A stretch of 64,000 nucleotides of DNA, taken from contig JAFGMG010000001.1 in NCBI GenBank assembly GCA_016927655.1, positions 115,599-179,598 of the forward strand, given 5' to 3'. Of the stretch, positions 39,489-48,429 are shown piece after piece. The translations under genes were made by a program, and so were the position numbers. Under the pieces are notes generated by a model. That model worked only from the letters and a program-made list of their open reading frames with translations. It made no database searches and had not been told where the DNA came from. How positions within the stretch are numbered: the first letter of the stretch is position 1; each line of letters begins with the position of its first letter. The stretch comes from Candidatus Dojkabacteria bacterium. GTDB taxonomy: Bacteria; Patescibacteriota; Dojkabacteria; B142; JAFGMG01.

Positions 39489-39941
39489 ATGAAAAAACAA
39501 ATACTTAAAGTCAGAGACGGTTTTACACTTCTTGAAGTTCTTCTAGTAGTCGCAATTATTGCAATTTTGGCTGGAATTGTAATTTTAGCTCTAAATCCAG
39601 GCAAACAGATTTCGGATACAAACGATTCTCAAAGAAGCGTCGATGTCAACACAATTTTAAATGCCGTATGGCAGTATTCGCTCGATAATGACGGAAGTTT
39701 ACCTGCCGGGATTACCGGGACTTCAACCGAGATTTGCGCAACGGGTGCAGCTTCCTGTACCGGCCTTGTAGATCTTTCAGTTCTTACAACCGGAGAGACA
39801 TTTTTGGTAGCAATTCCGGAAGACCCTGCCGGTGGTATAGCTGCGAATGGCTCTGGATACAATATTTCTACTACCCCAGGAGGCAGACTGACAGTTACCG
39901 CAACTCAAGCGGAAAATACAACGATAAGTGTTTCCAGGTAA
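39489..39941 (+). CDS. Major type IV pilin candidate
   Basis: DG/FTLLEVLLVVAIIAILAGIV; ND.QR..D; IPEDP; Cys pair. Confidence 0.9.
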   Translation: MKKQILKVRDGFTLLEVLLVVAIIAILAGIVILALNPGKQISDTNDSQRSVDVNTILNAVWQYSLDNDGSLPAGITGTSTEICATGAASCTGLVDLSVLTTGETFLVAIPEDPAGGIAANGSGYNISTTPGGRLTVTATQAENTTISVSR

Positions 39942-40334
39942 TTAATTATCTTTCGAGACCATTTCTACAACCTTGCTCAGGTCGATATCTGATTTGACTA
40001 TATAATCAGATGCCCCAAGTTTTTTGGCCTTTTCTACATCCGAAGGCTGCGATAGATTTGTAAGGACAATTACTTTTGTTTTATTGTTCTCTTTTTTCAT
40101 CCATTCAAGCACATCAAACCCATTCATTTCAGGCATTATCAAATCCAACAGGATCAAATCGTACTTCCCCTGTGCCAGTAAATCGGTGGCAATCTTCCCA
40201 TTTTCCGCAACAGTCACATCAAATCCTTCAGCGTCCAACTTGATCTTTAGAACTTCAGAGATCGGCTTATCATCTTCAACAATCATCACTTTCTTTGCTG
40301 TACTCGTTGTTTTTGCTGTTTTTACTGTTGCCAT
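39942..40334 (-). CDS. Stand-alone response regulator receiver (CheY-like)
   Basis: IVEDD, LLDLIMPEMNG, LTN, YIVK. Confidence 0.93.
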   Translation of the reverse strand: MATVKTAKTTSTAKKVMIVEDDKPISEVLKIKLDAEGFDVTVAENGKIATDLLAQGKYDLILLDLIMPEMNGFDVLEWMKKENNKTKVIVLTNLSQPSDVEKAKKLGASDYIVKSDIDLSKVVEMVSKDN

Positions 40335-40361
40335 TTTGTTATTTTGTAATATATCGACAGT

Positions 40362-41141
40362 CTAGCAAAAAACCCCATTAAAAACTAGCGGGTCGCAATT
40401 TGCGAAGTACAATGCAAGAATCATAACTAAAACAACGATGCTAAGGAAGGATCCGTATGGCACAAGGTATTTCAATAATTTCTTTTTGTTTCCGCCACTC
40501 ACTATCAATGCAAACAGGATCCCCGCGACACTTGAGATAAAGATTGCCAGGGTGAAATAAAAATAATTGAGAAAAAATCCCAATCCAAAAGCCAGCTTCA
40601 CATCCCCAAATCCCATTTTCTTGTCACCGGTTAAGAAAAACGTCAAAAGAAGAAGTCCGGCAGCAAATGCGACATTGAAAATGCTCCCCAATAAATTCCC
40701 ATGCGTCAAGATATTTAATATTCCGCAAAGGATAAGAAAAATTTGCATTTCATCCGGTATTTCAAGATAAAGTGCATCACTGATTGCTATTACAAAGATC
40801 CCCAATGAAAAGCCCATATATATTACAGCCTCGGATAAATCCAATGTGCCAGTAGCATATAAATAGCCCCATAAAGCAGCGATAACTCCTAAAAATATTT
40901 CCCCGGATAGCTCTCTTTTTGAAATAGTTTTTCTACAGTACCTGCACTTTCCTTTCAGAAGCAAGAACGAAAAAACCGGGAGAAGATCTAGAGGACCCAA
41001 CTCATGTTTGCAAAATTCACAGTGTGATCTGGTAAGAAGAGATTCTCTTGTTTTAAGCCTGTAAACAAGCATATTTCCAAAACTGGCCAATACCAGACCT
41101 AAAACAGAAAAAAATATTATCAGTAGAAATTCATACATCAT
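40362..41141 (-). CDS. pilD: Prepilin peptidase (A24)
   Basis: RSHCEFC, GKCRYC, SD...EIPD, MGFGDVKL, VPYGSFL. Confidence 0.92.
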   Translation of the reverse strand: MMYEFLLIIFFSVLGLVLASFGNMLVYRLKTRESLLTRSHCEFCKHELGPLDLLPVFSFLLLKGKCRYCRKTISKRELSGEIFLGVIAALWGYLYATGTLDLSEAVIYMGFSLGIFVIAISDALYLEIPDEMQIFLILCGILNILTHGNLLGSIFNVAFAAGLLLLTFFLTGDKKMGFGDVKLAFGLGFFLNYFYFTLAIFISSVAGILFALIVSGGNKKKLLKYLVPYGSFLSIVVLVMILALYFANCDPLVFNGVFC

Positions 41142-41153
41142 GAAGGTATTGTA

Positions 41154-41456
41154 CTATTTTTGCACTACTCTTTGAACCACAACAAATCCATCCTGCACAT
41201 GAACTGCATTTTGGAGAGCTTCTTGCTGATTTAGACTTTCTGTCACAAAATCATCTCGAAAGACATTGATCGCACCTATGCTTGTAGAAGTTTCTTCCAC
41301 GTCATCAAGTAAAAGCTCATCAAATACGGAAGCAGCATCTAATGCAGTTTCTAATTGATCTTTAAAGTTTTCCAGCTGTTCTTCAGGGATATAAATCTTT
41401 ATCAAGTTTGCAATATTCTTGATATCTTCGTTTGTTAATTTTTTCATTGGAGTCAT
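41154..41456 (-). CDS. gatC: Asp/Glu-tRNA amidotransferase subunit C
   Basis: IKNIANLIKI, NVFRDD, EALQNA, GFVVV. Confidence 0.88.
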   Translation of the reverse strand: MTPMKKLTNEDIKNIANLIKIYIPEEQLENFKDQLETALDAASVFDELLLDDVEETSTSIGAINVFRDDFVTESLNQQEALQNAVHVQDGFVVVQRVVQK

Positions 41457-41460
41457 AAAT

Positions 41461-41823
41461 TTATTCTAACCTATATTGCTCCAATATTTCAAGCAGATTT
41501 AGAACATTCTGGTCTAAGTTATGCTTATTGATGTAGATAGCGCCAGCTCCAAGCAGATCGGCCTTATTTTTTACTTCGCTAACTAAATTTTTTATAACAA
41601 TTTCGTCTATCGGGTCTACCACTAGAAAATGAACTGTCAGATCAAATGAGCTATTAGAGAAAAAAACAAAACCTAGAAGTTTTTCACCTTGGAAATATCC
41701 AGCAGAGAAAGAATTCGGGGATTGGAGAAAAGCAAGCATCCTGGTTTTGAGATTATTGTAACCACTTTCCCCAAGTATTTTAAGACAGCTTTCGATATCT
41801 TTTTGTTTAAGTTCTCTGATCAT
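41461..41823 (-). CDS. GNAT-like protein
   Basis: MIRELKQKDI, LLGFVF, VHFLVVDP; start moved to ATG 41823. Confidence 0.55.
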   Translation of the reverse strand: MIRELKQKDIESCLKILGESGYNNLKTRMLAFLQSPNSFSAGYFQGEKLLGFVFFSNSSFDLTVHFLVVDPIDEIVIKNLVSEVKNKADLLGAGAIYINKHNLDQNVLNLLEILEQYRLE

Positions 41824-41833
41824 TCTGATAAAT

Positions 41834-42523
41834 TTACAATTCAATCACATCACCTTTGACAACGTTTCCAGGAGGATCAACGTTTATTTCCCATATTGCT
41901 TTTATTGTAGCCAGATTGTCCCGGATCTCATACCAGCTTTCGTTATTATAATCGCGTCTATCAGCTTTGAATCCCTGAACTTCGATCCCAAGCGAATTAC
42001 AAATATACATTGCTCTATTTAGATGGAAATCCTGTGTGATAATTACGGCTGATTCGACATTAAAGATCTCTTTTGCTCTGAGGCAGCTATCATACGTACG
42101 CCTCCCTGCATAATCGGGCTGAATTGCTGCCTCGGGTACTCCCTCAGCTTTGGCAAGCTCAACCATTGCTGTCGGCTCATCGTAATCCATCGTTCGATTA
42201 TCGCCTGACATTATCAATTTCTCGACTTTCCCGGCTTTGTAGAGATCTACTGCAGAAAGCACTCTATCTTCAAGGATAGGACCAGGTTCATCTCCCCAAA
42301 GCCCTGCTCCAAGTACCAAGGCAACTTTAGTATTCTCTACTTCTTCAATTTCGCTGTGTTTATAGGCTGAATACGTTTGTGCTATCCAGAAATTTACAAG
42401 AAAGATTGAGAAAATAATAGCAAGAAAGATTATAAAGAAAGCTAAAAGTATTTTCTTCCAGCTGCCTAATATTTTTTTTAATTTCTCTTTGAATGCTTTG
42501 ATCTTCCTTTTATTTTGTCTCAT
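41834..42523 (-). CDS. SanA/YdcF (DUF218) family protein
   Basis: VLGAG, SGDN, DEP, DYAGRRTYDSC, TQDFHLNRA. Confidence 0.92.
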   Translation of the reverse strand: MRQNKRKIKAFKEKLKKILGSWKKILLAFFIIFLAIIFSIFLVNFWIAQTYSAYKHSEIEEVENTKVALVLGAGLWGDEPGPILEDRVLSAVDLYKAGKVEKLIMSGDNRTMDYDEPTAMVELAKAEGVPEAAIQPDYAGRRTYDSCLRAKEIFNVESAVIITQDFHLNRAMYICNSLGIEVQGFKADRRDYNNESWYEIRDNLATIKAIWEINVDPPGNVVKGDVIEL

Positions 42524-42538
42524 ATGACATTCTATCAG

Positions 42539-42582
42539 AAAAAATAAGTGAGCTAGGCTAAGACGAATTAGCGTCGCTCACT
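42539..42582 (-). terminator. Hairpin followed by a T-tract on the minus strand (putative intrinsic terminator)
   Basis: AGTGAGC...GCTAA/TTAGC...GCTCACT stem (42547-42582) followed by T-rich sequence on the minus strand. Confidence 0.5.
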
Positions 42583-42664
42583 ATTAAAAGCAAAAATGTG
42601 CAGTAAAACTGGAGACAGTCTAATGCTTATTTCAATTTTTGTAAAGGATTTTTTTGTCAAGGGA

Positions 42665-43108
42665 TTAAATATATTTTTCCCAATTAATTTTCAGCCATTT
42701 TTTGCTGAACCGGTAGATATCACCAAGCTCTCGTTTTTCCATTTCTTTTCTTATTACTCCGCCTTTGTGAGGATGATCGTAAATTTGATTTAGCGGAGAA
42801 TTAAATCCGTGTGCGTAATGACACATTTCGTGTGCTATAGTTCCGATTACAACATCTTCCGGGATAGTTTCATCTTTAAATTTGGAGGTGATTCTGATCA
42901 CGCTGATCTTTTTATCGTCTTGAATTTTTACCTTCTCTAGATGCTGTTCGATTCCTCTTGTTTTCTTTGTCGCCCAGGTAATGCAGCCTAGTTGTCTTTT
43001 GGCACCACGACCGAATTTTATTATAACAAGATTTTTGCGCGGGACATCTGAGAAGTGGTTCTCCCAAAGCTCATACATTTTTTCCTCCAGCCATTTATTG
43101 TCCCGCAT
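42665..43108 (-). CDS. SprT-like zinc metalloprotease
   Basis: RQLG, IAHEMCHYAHG, HPH.GG. Confidence 0.75.
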   Translation of the reverse strand: MRDNKWLEEKMYELWENHFSDVPRKNLVIIKFGRGAKRQLGCITWATKKTRGIEQHLEKVKIQDDKKISVIRITSKFKDETIPEDVVIGTIAHEMCHYAHGFNSPLNQIYDHPHKGGVIRKEMEKRELGDIYRFSKKWLKINWEKYI

Positions 43109-43853
43109 ATGTAATGATTAAATATCGATTTAAATTTCCCTCTTGCCCATCTGCATTATAGTCTGCTTTTATTCTTAAGCCGGACCGTTTTAATTCATTA
43201 ATCAAGCCGTCAATTTCTTTATCACTGAAACTATGACAGTATCTTGGCAAGTCAGATCTATCCCAATTAAGCAGATAATCACCATCTTCAAAGTAATTAA
43301 ATAATTCTGCCGTCACTTTGTCAACTTGATTTTTACCAAGAATTGTCTTGTCAAATCGCCGCGATTTACGGAATTGCCAGAAAGTAAGAGCTAATTGGCC
43401 GTTGAGAGTTAACTTCGAGGCTAAGTCTTTCAAAAGTTCCAGACGGTTTTCGCGTCCTGGTATGTGGTGCATCAAGCCAAATACAACTATTAGATTGTAT
43501 TCCTGTCTAATATTATTTAAATTCTGCGTTTCAAGAACATCAATTACCTGAAATTTTTCATTGCCGTCTGCTTGATAACGCGCATGCGCAATTTGGATTA
43601 ACTTTTTTGAAGCATCGATGCCAAGATAATTTGCAAAGACTATCCCCTGCTCTTTTAGAAATCCCAAAAAACGCCCATTTCCACAGCCGACGTCAAGAAT
43701 ACTATTTAATTTCTTGCCTTTTCGTATCAAAATTTCAGCCAGCTTCTCCCACCCCGGCCAGTGAATTTCACGCGTATCACTGAAACTCTGTGCTTGAGCC
43801 TGGTAGAATTTTTTGTTTAATGAAACTAGTTTATTTTTGATTATTTCCTTCAT
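43095..43853 (-). CDS. Class I SAM methyltransferase, Trm9/ALKBH8-like
   Basis: FSDTR..WP, LDVGCGNGR, GIDAS, MHHIPGRENR, GQLALTFW, RYCHSF. Confidence 0.85.
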   Translation of the reverse strand: MKEIIKNKLVSLNKKFYQAQAQSFSDTREIHWPGWEKLAEILIRKGKKLNSILDVGCGNGRFLGFLKEQGIVFANYLGIDASKKLIQIAHARYQADGNEKFQVIDVLETQNLNNIRQEYNLIVVFGLMHHIPGRENRLELLKDLASKLTLNGQLALTFWQFRKSRRFDKTILGKNQVDKVTAELFNYFEDGDYLLNWDRSDLPRYCHSFSDKEIDGLINELKRSGLRIKADYNADGQEGNLNRYLIITYAGQ

Positions 43854-44092
43854 CTAGACATTATACCGCACTCTAAAGAGTAGTTTTTATACATTACCGA
43901 AAGGTTATGCTAGATTTCAGCAGAGAAAAGACACCCGCTAAATCTCTTCCTGTGAAGACCAACCCAGAGAGCGGGATTTATCAAAATAACCCAACATTAC
44001 CGATTGGCAATGTTTGTAAAGTAACTAAAACAGATATCCCTTCCAACAAATTAAAAAGCAGGCAGACAAGAATATACTGGTATAATCAACAC

Positions 44093-45889
44093 ATGGCATA
44101 CAGAACATTTGATCCGACAAAATACGAACGGGAACTACTAGGAATTTTCCAAGAAGTCCTGCAGGCTAAGAAGCTAAATCAAAGCAGGCTGCGCAAAATT
44201 CTTCACAAATATCCACGAGATGGCAACAAAATATTTTCCAAGGACCAGCTCGTTCAAGGATTTCAGTACCTTAAATCAAATAAGAAGAATTTTGCGCAAA
44301 AAGAACTTCCGGAATATCTAAAAAAGCGTCCCGTTAGAACAATTTCCGGAGTCACAACGGTCACAGTTCTTACCAAGCCATTCCCCTGCCCCGGCAGGTG
44401 CATTTTCTGTCCAAATGATATCACTATGCCAAAAAGCTACATTGCCAGTGAGCCCGGAGCACAAAGAGCTATCGCAAATAGATTTGATCCTTTTAAACAA
44501 GTTTACAACAGGCTCAAAGCATTACATCAGATAGGACACCCAACAGAAAAAATCGAACTTCTGGTTCTGGGCGGGACCTGGAGCTATTATCCAGAAAGCT
44601 ATCAGATTTGGTTTATCAAAAGATGCTTCGAGGGATTGAATGCTTTTGATCCTTTAGATTTAAAAGAATTCCCCCGACAGGAAATCGAATTTTCACCCAA
44701 TAATTTCAATAACAAAATAAGAAAACAAACCGGAAAAAAGACCTACAATGAGTTAATTAATACAAAAGAATACAAAGATAATTTCGCGAAAGAATTTGAA
44801 ACTAGTTTGCAGAAATCCACATGGGAAGAATTGTTTAAAGAGCATAAAATCAATGAAACTGCACACGCTAGAAACGTTGGATTAGTCCTTGAGACTAGAC
44901 CTGATACGATAGATACAAAAGAAGTTTTGAAGCTCCGCAGATTTGGAGCTACAAAAATTCAAATCGGTGTGCAAACACTTGATCCAATCGTCAATAAAGC
45001 AAACAAGCGATTTGAAACAATAGAGCAGATACGAAACGCTTTTAGTCTTCTGCGGCAAGCAGGTTTCAAGATCCACGCCCATATGATGCCAAATCTTTAC
45101 AAATCAACGCCCTTAAAGGATCTAAAAACATACAAAGACTTATTTAATCAGCTGGACTTCAAACCAGACGAGCTGAAAATATATCCGACATCAATAATTC
45201 CACACACCGAACTTGCCAGACTTCAGGAACAGGGGAAATACGAACCTTATAGTCCGCAGACCCTATCAAACCTGCTTGCCGACATGATTGAAACAACTCC
45301 AAGATACTGCCGTCTCAGCAGAATTGTCCGCGATATTCCTTCAGGAGAAATTGTGACAGGGAACAAAATTACAAATCTCAGGCAGCTTATTGAAGCCAGA
45401 CTGGAAACCGAACTTCGTAAAAACGAAAATATCAGGGCCAGGGAGATCAAAAACATTAAATTTGACAAAGAACAAGCGATATTTAAATCAACTAACTACA
45501 AGACAAACACCTCAATAGAATATTTTCTTGAATATGTGAGTAAAGATGACAAACTTCTTGGGTTTTTAAGACTTTCACTTCCTAATTCAAAAACTAATCC
45601 AATAACAAACGAGCTAAATAACTCCGCAATTATTCGAGAAGTTCATATATATGGGCCGGCGCAAAATATCCGGGGAAGCAAATCAAAAAAAATTATTCCT
45701 ACTAAAAGCAAAGCGCAGCATATTGGATTTGGCACAAAGTTACTCCAAAAAGCGATATCAATTTCAAAAGAAATGGGATTTGACTACCTTAGCGTAATTT
45801 CTGCAATAGGCACAAGAGAATATTACAGGAAAAGAGGATTTAGAGACGGGAGGCTGTACCAGAAGACAAAAACTCATCTCTCAAGCTGA
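44093..45889 (+). CDS. elp3: Elp3 radical-SAM/GNAT tRNA uridine(34) carboxymethylation enzyme
   Basis: RTISGVT, CPGRCIFCP, PKSY..EP, GGT, ETRPD, HMMPNL, LKIYP, RAREI, FLRL, REVHIYG, QHIGFG, SAIGTREYYRK.G; start moved to ATG 44093. Confidence 0.95.
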   Translation: MAYRTFDPTKYERELLGIFQEVLQAKKLNQSRLRKILHKYPRDGNKIFSKDQLVQGFQYLKSNKKNFAQKELPEYLKKRPVRTISGVTTVTVLTKPFPCPGRCIFCPNDITMPKSYIASEPGAQRAIANRFDPFKQVYNRLKALHQIGHPTEKIELLVLGGTWSYYPESYQIWFIKRCFEGLNAFDPLDLKEFPRQEIEFSPNNFNNKIRKQTGKKTYNELINTKEYKDNFAKEFETSLQKSTWEELFKEHKINETAHARNVGLVLETRPDTIDTKEVLKLRRFGATKIQIGVQTLDPIVNKANKRFETIEQIRNAFSLLRQAGFKIHAHMMPNLYKSTPLKDLKTYKDLFNQLDFKPDELKIYPTSIIPHTELARLQEQGKYEPYSPQTLSNLLADMIETTPRYCRLSRIVRDIPSGEIVTGNKITNLRQLIEARLETELRKNENIRAREIKNIKFDKEQAIFKSTNYKTNTSIEYFLEYVSKDDKLLGFLRLSLPNSKTNPITNELNNSAIIREVHIYGPAQNIRGSKSKKIIPTKSKAQHIGFGTKLLQKAISISKEMGFDYLSVISAIGTREYYRKRGFRDGRLYQKTKTHLSS

Positions 45890-46062
45890 TATTCCGCTAT
45901 TAGCTGTTTCTGGGCCCTATTCATCATTCTCTTCTCGCTCCGCCAGCCATCTTTGTTCCCCAGGCTAAGTGAATATTGTCTCTCCCAAGCACCAGCACTC
46001 CATCTACTTGTAGAGGGAACTTTTCTTCCGCTCCAGAGCTTTACGCTCAAATACTGGTCCAT
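45874..46062 (-). CDS. Possible small basic hypothetical protein
   Basis: 62-aa ORF that fills an otherwise empty gap; overlaps the Elp3 end by 16 nt. Confidence 0.3.
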   Translation of the reverse strand: MDQYLSVKLWSGRKVPSTSRWSAGAWERQYSLSLGNKDGWRSEKRMMNRAQKQLIAEYQLER

Positions 46063-46175
46063 GATATTTGACCTAATTGCCTCTTAAAACGCAAGATAAA
46101 ATTACATAATACCCCAGTATATACTCAAAATATCACCCCATAGATGGTATAATCAAGTGTTATTAGTGAAATATT

Positions 46176-46325
46176 ATGTCGGAAGAAAAACACAATCAAT
46201 CAGTAAATTGCTTTTTCACATTTTTGATTATTATGCTCCTTTTTCTTGTCTGTTCAGCATGCTGCTGCGTTGGGACTTTCCTGGCTCCGATGCTTCCGCT
46301 TTTATGCCCATTTGCATGGCTGTAA
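46176..46325 (+). CDS. 49-aa Cys-rich membrane peptide (not in ORF track)
   Basis: MSEEKHNQSVNCFFTFLIIMLLFLVCSACCCVGTFLAPMLPLLCPFAWL*; TGGTATAAT at 46145-46153. Confidence 0.6.
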   Translation: MSEEKHNQSVNCFFTFLIIMLLFLVCSACCCVGTFLAPMLPLLCPFAWL

Positions 46326-46403
46326 ACCTTAAATCTACCGAAAAAATTTTAGCAAATTAAAGTATTGTGATAGAATTACATTCATATTTTTTACTTCTTT
46401 TTA

Positions 46404-47204
46404 ATGGCAAAAACAACACAGAAATCTGCACCCCAAGATCAAAATGTGATTGAGCTTGATTTGAAAGTTATCCTTACACCACTAGCAGTCCTGATTTCAG
46501 GACTATTTATTGGAATAGTATTGATTGTAGGGCTTTATGGTATCAATCAGACTTTGAAAAATGGGTCTACTGGTGTGAAAGGAACAGATACGACAGCAGA
46601 TACCGAGACAACTCAAGAAACAGCAGGAGAGCAGACGACTTTGTCTAATGGCGATGCAGTTTCAACAAAAATCTCAGACAATACCCCAATTGCCGGAGAT
46701 ACTGGGGCAAAAGTTGCAATCGTAGAATACTCTGATTTTGCCTGTGGATACTGCAAAAGACATGCAACAGAAACACTTGATCAAATTTTAAGTAATTATG
46801 TTGACCAGGGGAAAGTTGCCTACTACTTTAAAAGTTTCCCAATATTTACACCTCTAAATGCTGCCGGCGGATACTGTGCAGAAAAGCTTGGCGGAGATAG
46901 TGCTTTCTTGAAATATCATCAATCTATGTACTCTCAAGAACAGGTTACCGGGGAAGAGGCCCAAATTCTCAGCGTAGCAAAATCAATTGGACTTGATGAA
47001 GGATCATTTAAAGAATGTCTAAATAGCGATGAGGCAACAGCGCAAGCAACTGCAGATTATGATGAAGCAGTATCACTTGGAATTGGCGGAACACCAGGAT
47101 TTATAGTCGGGAAATTAAATGACGATGGCACAGTTGAAGGTGAATTCGTTTCTGGAGCTCAAGCATACAGCTATTTTGAAGAAGTTATTGCCAAATATCT
47201 TTAA
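46404..47204 (+). CDS. Membrane-anchored DsbA/BdbD-like thiol-disulfide oxidoreductase
   Basis: EYSDFACGYC, GIGGTPGF, GAQAY. Confidence 0.92.
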   Translation: MAKTTQKSAPQDQNVIELDLKVILTPLAVLISGLFIGIVLIVGLYGINQTLKNGSTGVKGTDTTADTETTQETAGEQTTLSNGDAVSTKISDNTPIAGDTGAKVAIVEYSDFACGYCKRHATETLDQILSNYVDQGKVAYYFKSFPIFTPLNAAGGYCAEKLGGDSAFLKYHQSMYSQEQVTGEEAQILSVAKSIGLDEGSFKECLNSDEATAQATADYDEAVSLGIGGTPGFIVGKLNDDGTVEGEFVSGAQAYSYFEEVIAKYL

Positions 47205-47209
47205 AATTT

Positions 47210-47959
47210 ATGGATTATTCGAGATTTTTTATACCAAAAGAGAAGATCTTTAATGGTAAATTTTCACTTGAAAATCCAGCTGATGTAAGAAAGATCCGTC
47301 AGGTCTTGCGTCTTAAAAGGAAGGACAAAATCATTCTGCTGGATAATTCCGATCAAGAGTACCTGGCAGAAATTGAAAAACCAACAAAACTTTCCATCAA
47401 AGGCATCATTCTTGAATCCCGACCACTCCTGCAAAAAGCCGGAGAAAAATTACAGATAACTCTGGCACAAGGGCTTCCTAAAGCCTCTAAAATGGATGAT
47501 GTGATAAGGATGAATACAGAACTTGGAATTTCAGGTTTTATACCATTTGAGAGTAAATATTCTGTTTTAAAATTGGACAACTTCAATCCCAAAAAGCTTA
47601 CCAGATGGGAAAAAATTGCAAAATCGGCAAGTGAACAAAGCGAGAGAAAAGAAATCCCCGAGATAACCGGACCTATGAATTTTGGACCATTACTTGAACA
47701 GGAAGCAGATATTAAATTGCTTTTACATTCAAGACAGCTCCCAGGCTCTAAAAACATTTCAGAGATTACTTCATTATTAGAAAATAATTCACACCCCACT
47801 CATGTTTTAGTTGCCATTGGGCCTGAGGGAGGTTTTTCCGATGAAGAAATCAGCCAGGCAAAAGAAGTCGGATGGCAATTGATTTGGCTAAATCTGCCGA
47901 TTTTGCGAACTGAGACTGCCGGTGTTATTGTTTGCAGTTATTTGATTCTTAACAGCTGA
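47210..47959 (+). CDS. rsmE: 16S rRNA m3U1498 methyltransferase
   Basis: VLRL, TELGI, ASEQSER, IGPEGGFS, ILRTETA. Confidence 0.95.
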   Translation: MDYSRFFIPKEKIFNGKFSLENPADVRKIRQVLRLKRKDKIILLDNSDQEYLAEIEKPTKLSIKGIILESRPLLQKAGEKLQITLAQGLPKASKMDDVIRMNTELGISGFIPFESKYSVLKLDNFNPKKLTRWEKIAKSASEQSERKEIPEITGPMNFGPLLEQEADIKLLLHSRQLPGSKNISEITSLLENNSHPTHVLVAIGPEGGFSDEEISQAKEVGWQLIWLNLPILRTETAGVIVCSYLILNS

Positions 47960-47999
47960 CACTGCTATACTTACGTAAATTATATTTTAACAATTCTTC

Positions 48000-48425
48000 A
48001 TGAAAGCAATAGTAATTTTTGGAAGTACCACAGGGAATACCGAGGAAGTCGCCAATTATGTTACAAACGGGCTTAAAGATGCCGGGCATGAAGTTACTCT
48101 AAAAAATGTACTGGATGCTAATCCGGAAGATCTGATGGGATATGATTTGATCGCTCTTGGATCAAGCACCTGGAATGACGGAGAACTGCAAGATGATTTC
48201 ATCCCATTTTACGAAAATATGACTGGAATTGATTTAAAAGGGAAAAAAGCTATTATTTTTGGCTGCGGAGAGTCAATATATGATCATTTCTGTACAGCGG
48301 TAGACACCCTGGAAAAGAAATTACAAGAACTTGGCGCAGAGATTGTAGCCAAATCATACAAAATTGACGGAGACATAGCAGACGATCTGCCAAAGGTCAA
48401 AGAATGGGCTTCTGTAGTTAAATAA
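48000..48425 (+). CDS. Short-chain flavodoxin
   Basis: GSTTGNTE, GSSTWNDGELQ, FGCGE..Y.HFC.AV. Confidence 0.95.
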   Translation: MKAIVIFGSTTGNTEEVANYVTNGLKDAGHEVTLKNVLDANPEDLMGYDLIALGSSTWNDGELQDDFIPFYENMTGIDLKGKKAIIFGCGESIYDHFCTAVDTLEKKLQELGAEIVAKSYKIDGDIADDLPKVKEWASVVK

Positions 48426-48429
48426 TCGC

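Noticed and set aside
43907-44092. 62-aa N-terminal extension of Elp3
   Set aside because: An extended -10 sits 6 nt before ATG 44093, so the upstream in-frame stretch is probably non-coding.
46157-46360. 67-aa GTG-start ORF
   Set aside because: The overlapping ATG frame 46176-46325 gives a more protein-like TM peptide. This is a judgement call, not proven.
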